Below are positions 37,544 through 46,967 of a stretch of DNA of 64,000 nucleotides, in pieces. A program made the position numbers and the translations under genes. The notes below the pieces were generated by a model. That model did no database searches, was not told the origin of the DNA, and saw nothing but the letters and a program-made list of their open reading frames with translations. The stretch lies in the IMG/VR virus record IMGVR_UViG_3300031857_000094, positions 18,569-82,568 of that record, one strand, 5' to 3'. The DNA comes from a virus. Within the stretch, counting starts at the first letter, position 1. Each line of letters begins with the position of its first letter.

Positions 37544-37820
37544 GTGGGGGGATTCTGTTTCCAAGCTCCCCCCGAGCTCATTCTTAGGCAGCTAGTGCGT
37601 AAGAGATAGGTGCATTATCGTTTGCATCTAAAACGCGCTTTTGGTCTCTTCGCATCTTTACTACGCACGTCGATCCTAGTTCACCCCCATCAAAAACAGT
37701 AGCATCCAATCCTTACAGCGATGGTTCACATTGGGCTTCCTACTGCTTATGGTGGAGGCGGCGGGTACTGCCCCCGCGTCCGAAACGTTTATTCCATACG
37801 CCTCAACGACCTTAGCATAG
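37544..37820 (-). ncRNA. ssrA: Circularly permuted (two-piece) tmRNA
   Basis: Acceptor piece ends GCGGGGGCAGTACCCGCCGCCTCCACCA at 37750. Coding piece starts GGGGGTGAACTAGGATCGAC at 37688. G3.U70 pair present. Tag ORF 37625-37584 = ANDNAPISYALAA*. Outer ends are approximate. Confidence 0.93.
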
Positions 37821-37825
37821 TATTT

Positions 37826-37854
37826 ATTCTAGCTTGCTTTACTCTGATTGTCAA
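37826..37854 (-). promoter_or_regulatory. sigma70 promoter of the tmRNA, overlapping a late-type AATAAATA (37821-37828)
   Basis: TTGACA-N17-TAGAAT. Confidence 0.75.
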
Positions 37855-37863
37855 GAACTCATT

Positions 37864-39198
37864 TCACAAAAAATTTTCTAGGAGTTCTACGACATCTGGA
37901 AAGGTTTCTTTCCAGTCTGTACCACGAAGTTTATCTAGGGCGTCGCTTCGCGCGATGAAACTTTTTATATTTTGGGCGCAAACTTCTTCAGAGTCAGAAT
38001 TGTATGTGTTCTTAACATAGCCCAAAGTCATGGCTTTGTGTTGCAGTTTTAGATCAGATTCTTCATATGCTTTGATTATCTTGTCTTTGGCTTTGCGTGG
38101 ATACCATCTCAAATCGTAGCACTTTGGCGAGCGCAGTAATCTAAACGAAAACTTATCGAATCCAAAATTTTGGAAATGAGGAACTACTCTCATAGGAGCA
38201 TACACGTCAAATATGCCTACACAAGAAGTGATGGTACAGAACATATTAGAATGTTTCTTCAATCGAAGAATGTTTTCGTTCAGTTTTCTCCAGCTTGATG
38301 GATATCTGATTAGTTCGTATCTTTTTTCAGTATCATCCACGCTTATACCAAATCGAACTTCTTTGAAGCGATCGAGTTTCTGTAAAATCTTGTCATTGAT
38401 AACAGTTAGATTCGTGTCGTAAACCAATCGTATCTTTTCAGCCTGACCGCATGAAATTAAACGATCTAGCATTTCTTCGTGTGCTGGTTGAAGAAATGGT
38501 TCTCCGCCAGTAATGTATACATGCAACAATCTATTTTTAATTGTTTCGAACTGTTCCCACCAGATCGGAGAATCGTGCCATCGAACAAAATCGCTTTTGA
38601 GTTTGTTTCCTTCAGCGTGGATATGATATTCTTTAGGTCCAACCCAAAACGTATTCTTACCAGTCAAAGCAACATGATCAGAATACCACAGAGTAGAATA
38701 TTGCGGCTCGCATTGAATACATTTAGAATTGCACAGATTGGAAAAGCGAATATCGAGAGCTATCGGTAGATTGCTGATGGATCCATCAGAGTTCATGATT
38801 CTGCTTGCGTCTTCGAGGTTTACTCCGTTTTCTTGATCTTTCATGTGAGTAAACGTTCGACCTATGCGATAAGACAAACCGCCAATAGTTTCTGGTTCGA
38901 AGTATTCTTCCTGTTGCAGTTTTCTGTTGGCATCTTCTTTATCCCAACAGACACGACACACTGGATGTCTTTTGTCTTGGGATTGGAAAAGCCTCAGTTC
39001 TTTATGAAGATCGCTGTTAAGAGCTTGTTCAAATGTATGGGTGAGAATGTTCATCACTTCACCCGTAGATTCATCTTTACCTATTCCATGATCTTTAGTG
39101 TTATCATTTCCAGAAAAACAGCAGATCTTGAAATTACCCGAGGGATTGATTTGAATTGAAGCCCACGGAAGAGCGCAAAAAGTATTCTTAGAAAACAT
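37864..39198 (-). CDS. Radical SAM protein with an N-terminal SPASM/twitch-like domain
   Basis: FCALPW..CC, CRVCW, NLCNSKCIQC (CxxxCxxC) and TGGEPF. Confidence 0.9.
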   Translation of the reverse strand: MFSKNTFCALPWASIQINPSGNFKICCFSGNDNTKDHGIGKDESTGEVMNILTHTFEQALNSDLHKELRLFQSQDKRHPVCRVCWDKEDANRKLQQEEYFEPETIGGLSYRIGRTFTHMKDQENGVNLEDASRIMNSDGSISNLPIALDIRFSNLCNSKCIQCEPQYSTLWYSDHVALTGKNTFWVGPKEYHIHAEGNKLKSDFVRWHDSPIWWEQFETIKNRLLHVYITGGEPFLQPAHEEMLDRLISCGQAEKIRLVYDTNLTVINDKILQKLDRFKEVRFGISVDDTEKRYELIRYPSSWRKLNENILRLKKHSNMFCTITSCVGIFDVYAPMRVVPHFQNFGFDKFSFRLLRSPKCYDLRWYPRKAKDKIIKAYEESDLKLQHKAMTLGYVKNTYNSDSEEVCAQNIKSFIARSDALDKLRGTDWKETFPDVVELLENFL

Positions 39199-39883
39199 TG
39201 CTCTTGCTTCCTTGTTCTTTCCTCCACTCATACTGATCGCGAACGCGAATCAGTTGACGAACATAGTCGTTGCGCTTGCCTTCGAAGCAGTCGAACTCGC
39301 CTTCATCTGATACGATGAGAATGGCAAAGTCATGACATTCAATGCCAGTGTGTTCTTCGAACATGATAGAGTATGCAGTAGCCTGAAGGAAGTAATCTGT
39401 GATCATATCTGCAGTCTTTCTCTTACGAGAAGTCTTGAAGTCGATCACCGTTACTTTGCCATCCCACTCGCAGATTAAGTCCGCGGTCCCTGCGATTCTG
39501 AGGATGTCCGAGAACATCGGCGTTTCAGACGCATAAACAAGCTGTAAGTTTTTGTCAATACATTTCTGAACAATACGAAAACGTGCGAGTGTCGAGGGCA
39601 TGATTTTCTTGGCATCTATCTCATCTCCCAGAATGTATGATTCCATAAGATTGTGAAGTTCAGTTCCACGATTTGCAGCTTGTCTGCTAATCTTGTTAGC
39701 TTCTTCTTCACCGACACGAGCGCGCCACTCAGCGAGAGATTTTTTCTTTTCAGGCTGATCGCCGAGTAGAGTTGTGATTGATGGGTAGACGTTACCATCT
39801 GGAGTTTGATAACGTCTACCGTTTGGAGTGTTTATCTGACGGGCTCTTGGCAAGTCAATATATGGATCATGATTAAATTTCAT
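39188..39883 (-). CDS. Cas4-like PD-(D/E)xK exonuclease
   Basis: YPSITT.L, RGTELH, AGTAD, IDFKTS and Y.LQ..AY motifs. Confidence 0.88.
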   Translation of the reverse strand: MKFNHDPYIDLPRARQINTPNGRRYQTPDGNVYPSITTLLGDQPEKKKSLAEWRARVGEEEANKISRQAANRGTELHNLMESYILGDEIDAKKIMPSTLARFRIVQKCIDKNLQLVYASETPMFSDILRIAGTADLICEWDGKVTVIDFKTSRKRKTADMITDYFLQATAYSIMFEEHTGIECHDFAILIVSDEGEFDCFEGKRNDYVRQLIRVRDQYEWRKEQGSKSNVF

Positions 39884-39894
39884 ACTATTATATA

Positions 39895-40665
39895 TTACGC
39901 AATAACGCCGCGCTCCTCAAGATTACATCTAGTCAGGATATACTCTTTGACGAAGCCCGAACGAACAACGTCTTCCTTGTGAAACTTGACGATTTCGAAA
40001 GAACGCATCTCACCTGCAATCTTTAGCAGATTGTTCATACCAGACCCTTCACGAGTATAGTCCTTCTGTGTAAAGTCACCACAGAAGATAACACGACATC
40101 CTTCACCAACGCGAGTCATGACCGTATGGATTTCGTGGTCGCTCAGGTTTTGACACTCGTCGATGATAATGATGTTGTCGCGGAAAGTCATACCACGAAG
40201 GAATGACGTGATATCAAACTGAATGTATCCGTTCTGCTTCATCCACTCATATGGCTTATCGCAAATCTCGGAAACGATTCCTTGATACGGAGCTTCATAG
40301 ACTGCTGCTTTATCCTTCGCGTTGCCAGGAAGGAATCCGATGTCGCGAGTAGGAACAACGCTGCGTAGAATCACGATTGGCTTAGGGGCATCTCCACTAA
40401 GCATAGCGTTCATGGAAAGCCACAGAGCGAGGAACGTCTTACCAGTTCCAGCGCAACCATGAAGGATTAGATTTTTGTCTGAATTGAATGCGTCAACAAC
40501 TATACGTTGAGCTGCTGTTCTAGGGGATACACGACACAAGCTAGGAATCACTGGTTGTCGATAACCAGTTCCCTTTGCTCTCTTCTTTTGTTTTCGTTCT
40601 TTTCTCGTCAAATACTTCGATGCTTCGGCTTCAAGAAAGGCTTCGTCTATGATTGCAGTCTGCAT
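39895..40665 (-). CDS. phoH: PhoH-like ATPase
   Basis: GCAGTGKT, IGFLPG, LRGMTF, DECQN and GDFTQ.D motifs. Confidence 0.93.
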   Translation of the reverse strand: MQTAIIDEAFLEAEASKYLTRKERKQKKRAKGTGYRQPVIPSLCRVSPRTAAQRIVVDAFNSDKNLILHGCAGTGKTFLALWLSMNAMLSGDAPKPIVILRSVVPTRDIGFLPGNAKDKAAVYEAPYQGIVSEICDKPYEWMKQNGYIQFDITSFLRGMTFRDNIIIIDECQNLSDHEIHTVMTRVGEGCRVIFCGDFTQKDYTREGSGMNNLLKIAGEMRSFEIVKFHKEDVVRSGFVKEYILTRCNLEERGVIA

Positions 40666-40734
40666 GGCTGCTCCGCTGTTATTGTTTATGGGATCATAAC
40701 GAACGAGAACGAGTTCTGTGTCGTGCGGGTCTCC

Positions 40735-40968
40735 TTAAAATGTGTTGACGGTTGAGCGTGGATGGCGCTTCTTGATTGTCTTAAGAATGTCGCGGAATCC
40801 CGAGTCGGGCTTATTACGACCCGACGAAACGCCGCTTACAATAAGGGGAGCGCCAATTTCTTGACGAATGTGGGGATTCTCCTCAAGATAGGTTTCCATC
40901 TGGGAGATAGTCATGAAATCATCAAAGACTTCGTTGGTCTTCGTATTGACGAAAGTATATCTTGGCAT
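40735..40968 (-). CDS. FmdB-like small regulatory protein
   Basis: MPRYTF.N..T.E..; typical neighbour of phoH in T4-like phages. Confidence 0.6.
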   Translation of the reverse strand: MPRYTFVNTKTNEVFDDFMTISQMETYLEENPHIRQEIGAPLIVSGVSSGRNKPDSGFRDILKTIKKRHPRSTVNTF

Positions 40969-40973
40969 ACGAC

Positions 40974-41657
40974 TTATTTAGTATCCTGCTGAAGTACGTC
41001 TGTGAGAGACGGGAAAATCTTTATGATTTCGTCCCATGCTAGGGATGCGATTTCACGGTGTTCTTTCTGTGTTTCGACGCCCATACGCAACTCGCAGTAG
41101 TGAATCCAGCTACGCAGCGTTCCGTTCATATACATACGGGACTGCGTAAGACCCTCAGGAAGCACAGCGCGAGCCTGTTCCTTAGCGACACCATTCTCAA
41201 TAGCCCATTTATATGCATCTTCTGCCGAGGCTTTTACACACTTCTGAACATTTTCCCATTGCATTTGTAGATCATCATCATCAGTCTCAATACTATTCTG
41301 ACGATTCTTCATATCCTGCAAACGAGCTTCGCGTGTAACAAAGCCAAGATCCTTGGTCGGATCAGCATAACGCTGTGAGAACTCTTGGAAAGAAAACGAA
41401 CGATGACGCAGAATTTGACGAGCGATATCACGGGTCGTGTCGATTTCCATGCAGATAGAAACCATTTCGAATGGCGACCAATGCTTGTGCTTGGCAAGAT
41501 ACTTCAACAGCTTGGGAGCTGTCTGGGTATTCATCTGATTGCTGGGATTACTTACACGAGCAACATAAGCAATGAACTCATCAACACCAACGATATATCC
41601 TGTAATAGGATCGCTGATTGTCGGTTTACTTACAGCTACAATTTTCACGCTTTGCAT
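40974..41657 (-). CDS. thyX: Flavin-dependent thymidylate synthase
   Basis: HWSPFE, QILRHRSFSFQEFSQRY and EQARAVLP motifs. Confidence 0.96.
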   Translation of the reverse strand: MQSVKIVAVSKPTISDPITGYIVGVDEFIAYVARVSNPSNQMNTQTAPKLLKYLAKHKHWSPFEMVSICMEIDTTRDIARQILRHRSFSFQEFSQRYADPTKDLGFVTREARLQDMKNRQNSIETDDDDLQMQWENVQKCVKASAEDAYKWAIENGVAKEQARAVLPEGLTQSRMYMNGTLRSWIHYCELRMGVETQKEHREIASLAWDEIIKIFPSLTDVLQQDTK

Positions 41658-41859
41658 TTAATACCTCATTCAATTTGCTTACGACTTCACTCAAACTTTC
41701 TTCGACGAACCATTCGTTTCCGTTTGTAGCATAGATCGTTGTTGTCAGACTGGCGCCTTGGGTACGCCGTGATTCATAAACGGACAAAACGTTCCTAGCA
41801 TTAATATACACTGGCATATCAAGGAAGTTAGCATTTAGATTAGTCAGCTTGATGAACAT
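41626..41859 (-). CDS. FlbD-like small protein
   Basis: MFIKLT......INA..V..V....T.I...NG....VEES..EV pattern. Confidence 0.5.
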   Translation of the reverse strand: MFIKLTNLNANFLDMPVYINARNVLSVYESRRTQGASLTTTIYATNGNEWFVEESLSEVVSKLNEVLNAKRENCSCK

Positions 41860-42385
41860 CGAACCACTCGGGTGTTGGGCGATTCGACCATTTCGCGAAT
41901 CGTTTCTTGTGCTCTATGTAGTATGTGCGATAGCCGTCTACTGGATTTTCGCGCTTGCAATCATCGGGCATCGCTTGTGGAAACTGTGTTAGCGGACCGA
42001 CAGGAATATTCCTAGGTGGTTTCGACAGTTCATCAAACAGCTGACTGCACTTGTGCTGTTTGCCGTAGCGATACTCATATTCCTTGAGCAGAGCGCCAAG
42101 CAAGCAAACTGACCAGTTGTAGTTGTTGTTTGTCTGCATCGACCACTGAGTGCATGGATGATTGATATGCGTGACTTGATAGATCTTATCGTCGCGCTCA
42201 TCGTCGAGCTTCCAGCGTTTAGCCTTGCGACCAGACTTCGACTGACCTTCATACTCAGTGCCGTCGAGAATACGATGCGCAGAAGAAAGCATCTGACATT
42301 CTTCGAGGATCATCTTGACGACGTGCTTGTCGCAGTGCTGTTGTGCAGCTACGATAGGATCTTTATCGAGAATGAATCTATTCAT
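41840..42385 (-). CDS. Pyrimidine-dimer DNA glycosylase (DenV-like family)
   Basis: MN.F.LD.DP..AAQ.HCDKHVVKMILE..Q.L, THINHPC and EY..RYGK.H motifs. Confidence 0.8.
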   Translation of the reverse strand: MNRFILDKDPIVAAQQHCDKHVVKMILEECQMLSSAHRILDGTEYEGQSKSGRKAKRWKLDDERDDKIYQVTHINHPCTQWSMQTNNNYNWSVCLLGALLKEYEYRYGKQHKCSQLFDELSKPPRNIPVGPLTQFPQAMPDDCKRENPVDGYRTYYIEHKKRFAKWSNRPTPEWFDVHQAD

Positions 42386-42549
42386 TTCGCGTCTTCCCAT
42401 TTCCATTCAAAAACATAATACATCATCTTACGAGTCAACCAACGTGGACGCTTGAATGCAGTGAACTTGATTGTTGTAACTGCACTAACACTTCCTGGCA
42501 TAATCCAATAACCAACAGGCTTTGGTGAAGGTTCGATCTTATATTCCAT
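42382..42549 (-). CDS. Hypothetical 55-aa protein (not in the ORF track)
   Basis: MEYKIEPSPKPVGYW...; fills the gap; ATGA overlap with the next gene. Confidence 0.6.
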   Translation of the reverse strand: MEYKIEPSPKPVGYWIMPGSVSAVTTIKFTAFKRPRWLTRKMMYYVFEWKWEDAK

Positions 42550-42550
42550 A

Positions 42551-43216
42551 TTAGATTTCTACGATCAACGGCTTATAGATTCCGTGATCATCGTGTTCGC
42601 CTTTGTATCCACGCGGATGACAGATCACTCGTGTTTCACCGATCATGTAGTCGAAGCGATCATGCGTGTGTCCGTGAATCCACAGCTTTGGCGGCTTACG
42701 CATAGAAAGGATTTCTTCTTCCATATCGTTGGAGAACGATGTGTTGTATGGGCTTGTCAGATATCGCGGATGAATAGACTTGCGCGTGGGTGTGTGATGT
42801 GACACGATGATATCCGCTTCGCTAGTCATCAGGAACTTCTTGTGATATGCGTGTGTCGCAATCATGTCCTCTTGATTAAGATCCTTGATATAGCGATAGT
42901 CGATAAGCCCGTTCACATAGTAGACCCAGTCCATGGTTTTAGACAGATCAGTCCACAACGTAGCACCAGCAATCTTAACATCATCAACAGTTCGCGTCAG
43001 CAAGTGCATGTATGCGTCGCTGAACGTCGATCCATAGTAATCATGATTACCAAGGATAGCGAACATATGATCTGCGTGACGCTGCACGAACTCATCACGG
43101 AAATCGTGCTGCTCGCTGATATCACCAGCACAGATATAGAACACATCGTCCTCAGGCTCGAAATCCCAAGGGCGCTCACGATACATATGCAAGTCTGAGA
43201 TGATACCAATCTTCAC
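42551..43216 (-). CDS. Calcineurin-like metallophosphoesterase
   Basis: SDLH, AGD, GNHD, SHH and HGHTH motifs. Confidence 0.9.
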   Translation of the reverse strand: MKIGIISDLHMYRERPWDFEPEDDVFYICAGDISEQHDFRDEFVQRHADHMFAILGNHDYYGSTFSDAYMHLLTRTVDDVKIAGATLWTDLSKTMDWVYYVNGLIDYRYIKDLNQEDMIATHAYHKKFLMTSEADIIVSHHTPTRKSIHPRYLTSPYNTSFSNDMEEEILSMRKPPKLWIHGHTHDRFDYMIGETRVICHPRGYKGEHDDHGIYKPLIVEI

Positions 43217-43452
43217 AGCCCTACTCCATAATGTTGCATCAGACCCATTAGATATATTATAGTCACAACGATCTGAATTGTCAAGAGCGAATACTTACGC
43301 CAGATCCAGCCAATAACGAACCAGCCAAAGTTACCAGCGAGCGATAGCCATACGTTTAATGGATAGATGTTCCACGCAGTCAATGCTACGCCAATGATAA
43401 GAATCGCTGTCGATATCCATTCGATCCAAAATTCTGTTCGCTTGCTTACCAA
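43213..43452 (-). CDS. Small membrane protein (start uncertain)
   Basis: Three hydrophobic helices; NIYPLN. Confidence 0.6.
   Translation of the reverse strand: MVSKRTEFWIEWISTAILIIGVALTAWNIYPLNVWLSLAGNFGWFVIGWIWRKYSLLTIQIVVTIIYLMGLMQHYGVGL
43256..43284 (-). promoter_or_regulatory. sigma70-type promoter
   Basis: TTGACA-N17-TATAAT. Confidence 0.7.
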
Positions 43453-43601
43453 TGTCGAATAACCCCCGCCACAATAAATATGTTCGTGATGATATAACAC
43501 AACACAATAAGAGTGCGGATAAGTGCTACCTTATCCGCCTCCTTATCGTTTTTGCCAGCTTTCTCACCTAGAGCTTTAGCCCATAGACGCCAGAAGTTCA
43601 T
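43446..43601 (-). CDS. 51-aa membrane protein of a type common in T4-like phages (not in the ORF track)
   Basis: MNFWRLWAKALGEKAG..DKEADKVALIRT..ITN.FIVAGVIRHW. Confidence 0.75.
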   Translation of the reverse strand: MNFWRLWAKALGEKAGKNDKEADKVALIRTLIVLCYIITNIFIVAGVIRHW

Positions 43602-43694
43602 GACAGCATGTAAGCCCAATATGCGATGATATCATCTTTGTTTGCTGGATCCCAACCGTTCACGAACATATCGTATTCGACAAGAAGTTCAAGT

Positions 43695-44165
43695 TCACTC
43701 TGCATTTTTACGCTCCTGATGTTTGAGGGAATACATTCGATAGTGTTCACCGCAAGTCTGACGATATCCACCTTCTGCTGGAAAACCAGCGCTGATCTGC
43801 TCATAGCATCCTGGCTCATCGCAGCAGCTCAGAATCTTCTTCAGCTTGTCATGATCGTTTTCAGCAAGCGCCTTACGAGCATCTGGAACTACATCGAGAT
43901 CAAACTCGTTGCTGATAGTCATACCATCAGAGCAGAGCGGAGCGTATGCTTCTGGACCAAAGCCCAAACGATCATAGATCAGATAGCGATAGCTTCCACC
44001 TTCGCTTGCGTGAGCAACGATGTGTTTCATTACCCACTTAGTCACAGCGAGCTTCATCAATGGTGAGCACTCGTCAGCCATCTTGGCATATTCGGCGTCG
44101 ATATCTTGAAATGCTTTCTGGATGTTTTCTACAGCATCCCAGAATTTTCTATTGTCTTCGGTCAT
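43695..44165 (-). CDS. Hypothetical protein with a C-terminal Cys/His cluster
   Basis: 156 aa; GGSYRYLIYDRLGF; CCDEPGC..TCGEH. Confidence 0.65.
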   Translation of the reverse strand: MTEDNRKFWDAVENIQKAFQDIDAEYAKMADECSPLMKLAVTKWVMKHIVAHASEGGSYRYLIYDRLGFGPEAYAPLCSDGMTISNEFDLDVVPDARKALAENDHDKLKKILSCCDEPGCYEQISAGFPAEGGYRQTCGEHYRMYSLKHQERKNAE

Positions 44166-44377
44166 GGGAACATATCCACTATTCGATCCGTTTGTTCACT
44201 GACTACGCGAACGCGAGCAGTATGTGTTGCGCTCATATTTCTTTTCATCGCGAGCGCGCGAGGAACGTAAATCTTTGGATCGTTCTGAACAGAACCTTCC
44301 ATCGTAGTCCAGTTCTGAAGAACGTAGTCTCCTGGTCCATTTACTAGCATGAACTCGATGCGAACAGTATCCATCAC
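44162..44377 (-). CDS. Hypothetical protein
   Basis: Coupled small ORF. Confidence 0.55.
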   Translation of the reverse strand: MMDTVRIEFMLVNGPGDYVLQNWTTMEGSVQNDPKIYVPRALAMKRNMSATHTARVRVVSEQTDRIVDMFP

Positions 44378-44580
44378 TTCACTCCAAAGTGTTCTTTGAT
44401 CTGTTGAAGGTCTCTTTCGTTTTCACAGAGGCTTAGGCATTCTTCGACAATGAGTTTAGCAAACTCCTCAATCTCATCATTGAGATCATATCCCTCGATA
44501 TACGGAGAATAGAGACCATCATCATTTTTGTATTTCTTAAAGCCAGATTTGATTGCAAGTTCTTGGATTCGCTCGTTCAT
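44374..44580 (-). CDS. Hypothetical protein
   Basis: MNERIQELA...FAKLIVEEC...IKEHFGV; GAGG RBS. Confidence 0.65.
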   Translation of the reverse strand: MNERIQELAIKSGFKKYKNDDGLYSPYIEGYDLNDEIEEFAKLIVEECLSLCENERDLQQIKEHFGVK

Positions 44581-44737
44581 CACACATACCTCTTTACGAT
44601 AACAGGACCAAGTCTCCAACAGTGATATGGAGAATAACCATACATAGATCCTGCGCCGTTCAAACGAAAATCATTCCAAATGAACAGCGAACCTTTCCAA
44701 CCAATATATTCGATTGTCCAGCGATTGTTGATGCGCA

Positions 44738-45112
44738 TCACTTGCACTCCCGAACATGCTTGCAGTCTTTACGGAAACCAAAGCCAACACAAGTGCAGCT
44801 CCAATGCGAACCATCGCGAGTGACTGTATAAGTTGATCCAGGCTTTGAACCCTGAACGACGAACGTTTCAGTGCGAGGCTTATCGCAGGATACGATAGCC
44901 GCATCCAACCCAACGATCCGCTCACGATCAATGATACGGAAAGGGAACTGGGTGTCGCCAGTAGAGATGCAGATGGAGTCTGAGGTTACCCACTTGGGAT
45001 TAGGTAAGATCTGACCAGTATACTCACAGAACTCGCGGATGACGCCACTAGCATACAATGCAGGATTGCGAGTATCGCGCACGCGGATCGTAACAGAATC
45101 ACCAACGTTCAT
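44738..45112 (-). CDS. SWIM zinc-finger protein
   Basis: YTV......WSCTCVGF.FRKDCKHV. Confidence 0.75.
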   Translation of the reverse strand: MNVGDSVTIRVRDTRNPALYASGVIREFCEYTGQILPNPKWVTSDSICISTGDTQFPFRIIDRERIVGLDAAIVSCDKPRTETFVVQGSKPGSTYTVTRDGSHWSCTCVGFGFRKDCKHVRECK

Positions 45113-45135
45113 AGCCGAACTCCATCGTATAAACT

Positions 45136-45164
45136 ATTGTATCAGCGTTTCAGGTAACTGTCAA
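45136..45164 (-). promoter_or_regulatory. sigma70-type promoter
   Basis: TTGACA-N17-TACAAT. Confidence 0.65.
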
Positions 45165-45756
45165 GAATAACATCTGCGGTGCCACACATCTGTTCGATTG
45201 TGCCATCGTTGTGAATTGCAGCATCCATTGGCTCTCTATTCCAAGCCCGTTCGGACTCGTGGATCGACGGATCATCTTTGCCAAACCAATCAGGAAGCGG
45301 ACCGCGGCGAACATGCCAAATCTTTCCGCCATTACGACGAATCATAGCAATCTCGTTGGGAAAGCGCACATCGCTGATAACGAAGTTAGGCTTCTGACCA
45401 GTCATCTCAGCAAACATCTTTTCTGTATCAAGGATGCGCTTTTCTGTAGCCAATACCCAGATGTCAGAATGGAAATGATGCCGCATGACTTCCGTTCCCA
45501 TATACTGAAGAAGATATCGCGGCGAAAAATCCTTGATGCCGAGACGCTCGCTCCACCATTCATCGATCTGCTCGCGCTCGTACCGTGATTCAGTCGTAGC
45601 CCCTTCGAGCATATCACGATCCCAACCAAAGATACACGCTGCTGCGTCCTTGAGCGTCTCAGCAAAAGACATACCAATAAAATCATGCTGACGCATAAGA
45701 TGCTCAGCCGTAGTTCCTTTACCAGAACCAATCAAACCACATAGACCAATAATCAC
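45142..45756 (-). CDS. gp1: Deoxynucleoside monophosphate kinase
   Basis: IIGLCGLIGSGK, SFAETLKD, LQYMGTEVMR and ISDVRFPNE motifs. Confidence 0.9.
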   Translation of the reverse strand: MIIGLCGLIGSGKGTTAEHLMRQHDFIGMSFAETLKDAAACIFGWDRDMLEGATTESRYEREQIDEWWSERLGIKDFSPRYLLQYMGTEVMRHHFHSDIWVLATEKRILDTEKMFAEMTGQKPNFVISDVRFPNEIAMIRRNGGKIWHVRRGPLPDWFGKDDPSIHESERAWNREPMDAAIHNDGTIEQMCGTADVILDSYLKR

Positions 45757-45986
45757 TTAGATTCCTCCATAGACTTTGCGACCAGACCGTCGGCGATCTG
45801 ATAAAACTCTTCTGCCATTTGCTTCGCGCCGTAAGCATCGACCCATGTGTTATGTATAGTGAGGAACACCGTATCCATCACGAGTTCTGCTGCTTGCTTC
45901 TTTTCCATTCCTTGTTCGGACAACTGATCTATCTGTTTGAATAGGAAGTCGAGGAAACGTTGCTTAACGATTTCATGATCGATCAT
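45753..45986 (-). CDS. Hypothetical protein
   Basis: Coupled ORF, 77 aa. Confidence 0.55.
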   Translation of the reverse strand: MIDHEIVKQRFLDFLFKQIDQLSEQGMEKKQAAELVMDTVFLTIHNTWVDAYGAKQMAEEFYQIADGLVAKSMEESK

Positions 45987-46252
45987 ACATAGTATCCATA
46001 TTGTGCGAGGATCTGCTCGAACGATTTACGAAATCGATCGTCATTATCAATTATGTAGGATTGGCGCAGCTTCCACAAAAGATCATCCAGCTCTTCTTCT
46101 TCGTATGATTGTCTGAGCCAAGAAAACTCTCTACGATCTTTTTTGACAACAGAATATCCGCGATGTCGCAATTCATCAACGAGATCTTCATCGTCGAAAT
46201 CTTCAACATCCACATCAACATCTACGTCGACTGTAACGGTTCGTGAAGTCAT
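45983..46252 (-). CDS. Acidic hypothetical protein
   Basis: VTVDVDVDV.VEDFDDEDLVDELR; ATGA-coupled. Confidence 0.6.
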   Translation of the reverse strand: MTSRTVTVDVDVDVDVEDFDDEDLVDELRHRGYSVVKKDRREFSWLRQSYEEEELDDLLWKLRQSYIIDNDDRFRKSFEQILAQYGYYV

Positions 46253-46755
46253 TTGTCGCTTCCATCTTCTTCTTCGGCCAGCTCTTCCTGCCACTCTTTC
46301 CAGTTTTCGTATTCATACTCGAGCAGCGAAAGGACTTCGTCGTCATCGATCTTGTCGCGCCAGTTTTCATCTTCGAAGTTGTATTCTACATAATACTCTT
46401 CATCGGGAGAAGTGAATCGACCAGCGAAACACATTCCTGGCTCATGGAACGTGATATCAACTTCGAAACCAAGTTCGCTCAGCTTTTCGTAAGCAAGAAT
46501 GCCTGGACCCCATGGAGTTTCGAACCAACCACTGCATGACTTACCCTCTTCATCGATCTGAACATCGCCAGGAGTCGCATCCCACTTGGTGCCCCAAGTT
46601 TCCAGCGCAGCACCATAGTCCCACTCGTTGTTTTCCGTAGGGAGCGGAACCAACTTAGTGAAAAGCTCTTGCGCGCTCAGCGCATCAGCGAACTTCTTAA
46701 TCATTTCGGGATCTTTATGATAGACCGTGAAATTGTTGGAACACCAGTTAGGCAT
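46249..46755 (-). CDS. YubB/DUF1281-like ferredoxin-fold protein
   Basis: MPNWCSN, WGTKWD, FETPWGP and EPGMCFAG motifs. Confidence 0.75.
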   Translation of the reverse strand: MPNWCSNNFTVYHKDPEMIKKFADALSAQELFTKLVPLPTENNEWDYGAALETWGTKWDATPGDVQIDEEGKSCSGWFETPWGPGILAYEKLSELGFEVDITFHEPGMCFAGRFTSPDEEYYVEYNFEDENWRDKIDDDEVLSLLEYEYENWKEWQEELAEEEDGSDK

Positions 46756-46757
46756 AT

Positions 46758-46967
46758 TCAGCTCCTCTCAACTGTATCGAGCAAATCTTCGAGCCACTCA
46801 GCTTCATTAGCCAAGCGACAATTGATACCCAGTTCAAACTCGTCGTCGAGTTCAAACTTCACGCGACTTGCGCGACGCACTTCAGTCAGTCGATCATACA
46901 AAGCAGCGATGATAGCCTGCTTCGCTTGCGCTGGATCAGGCGGCAGAAAGGAAGAGTCGGTCATCAT
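46758..46967 (-). CDS. Hypothetical protein
   Basis: ORF with AAGGA RBS; start reassigned. Confidence 0.5.
   Translation of the reverse strand: MMTDSSFLPPDPAQAKQAIIAALYDRLTEVRRASRVKFELDDEFELGINCRLANEAEWLEDLLDTVERS

Noticed and set aside
37721-38020. 99-aa plus-strand ORF (MVHIGLPTAYGGGGGYCPRVR)
   Set aside because: Antisense translation of the tmRNA acceptor piece and the radical SAM 3' end
39188-39883. Cas4-like nuclease as evidence of a CRISPR system
   Set aside because: No repeat-spacer array or other cas genes seen; solo Cas4-like exonucleases are common in T4-like phages
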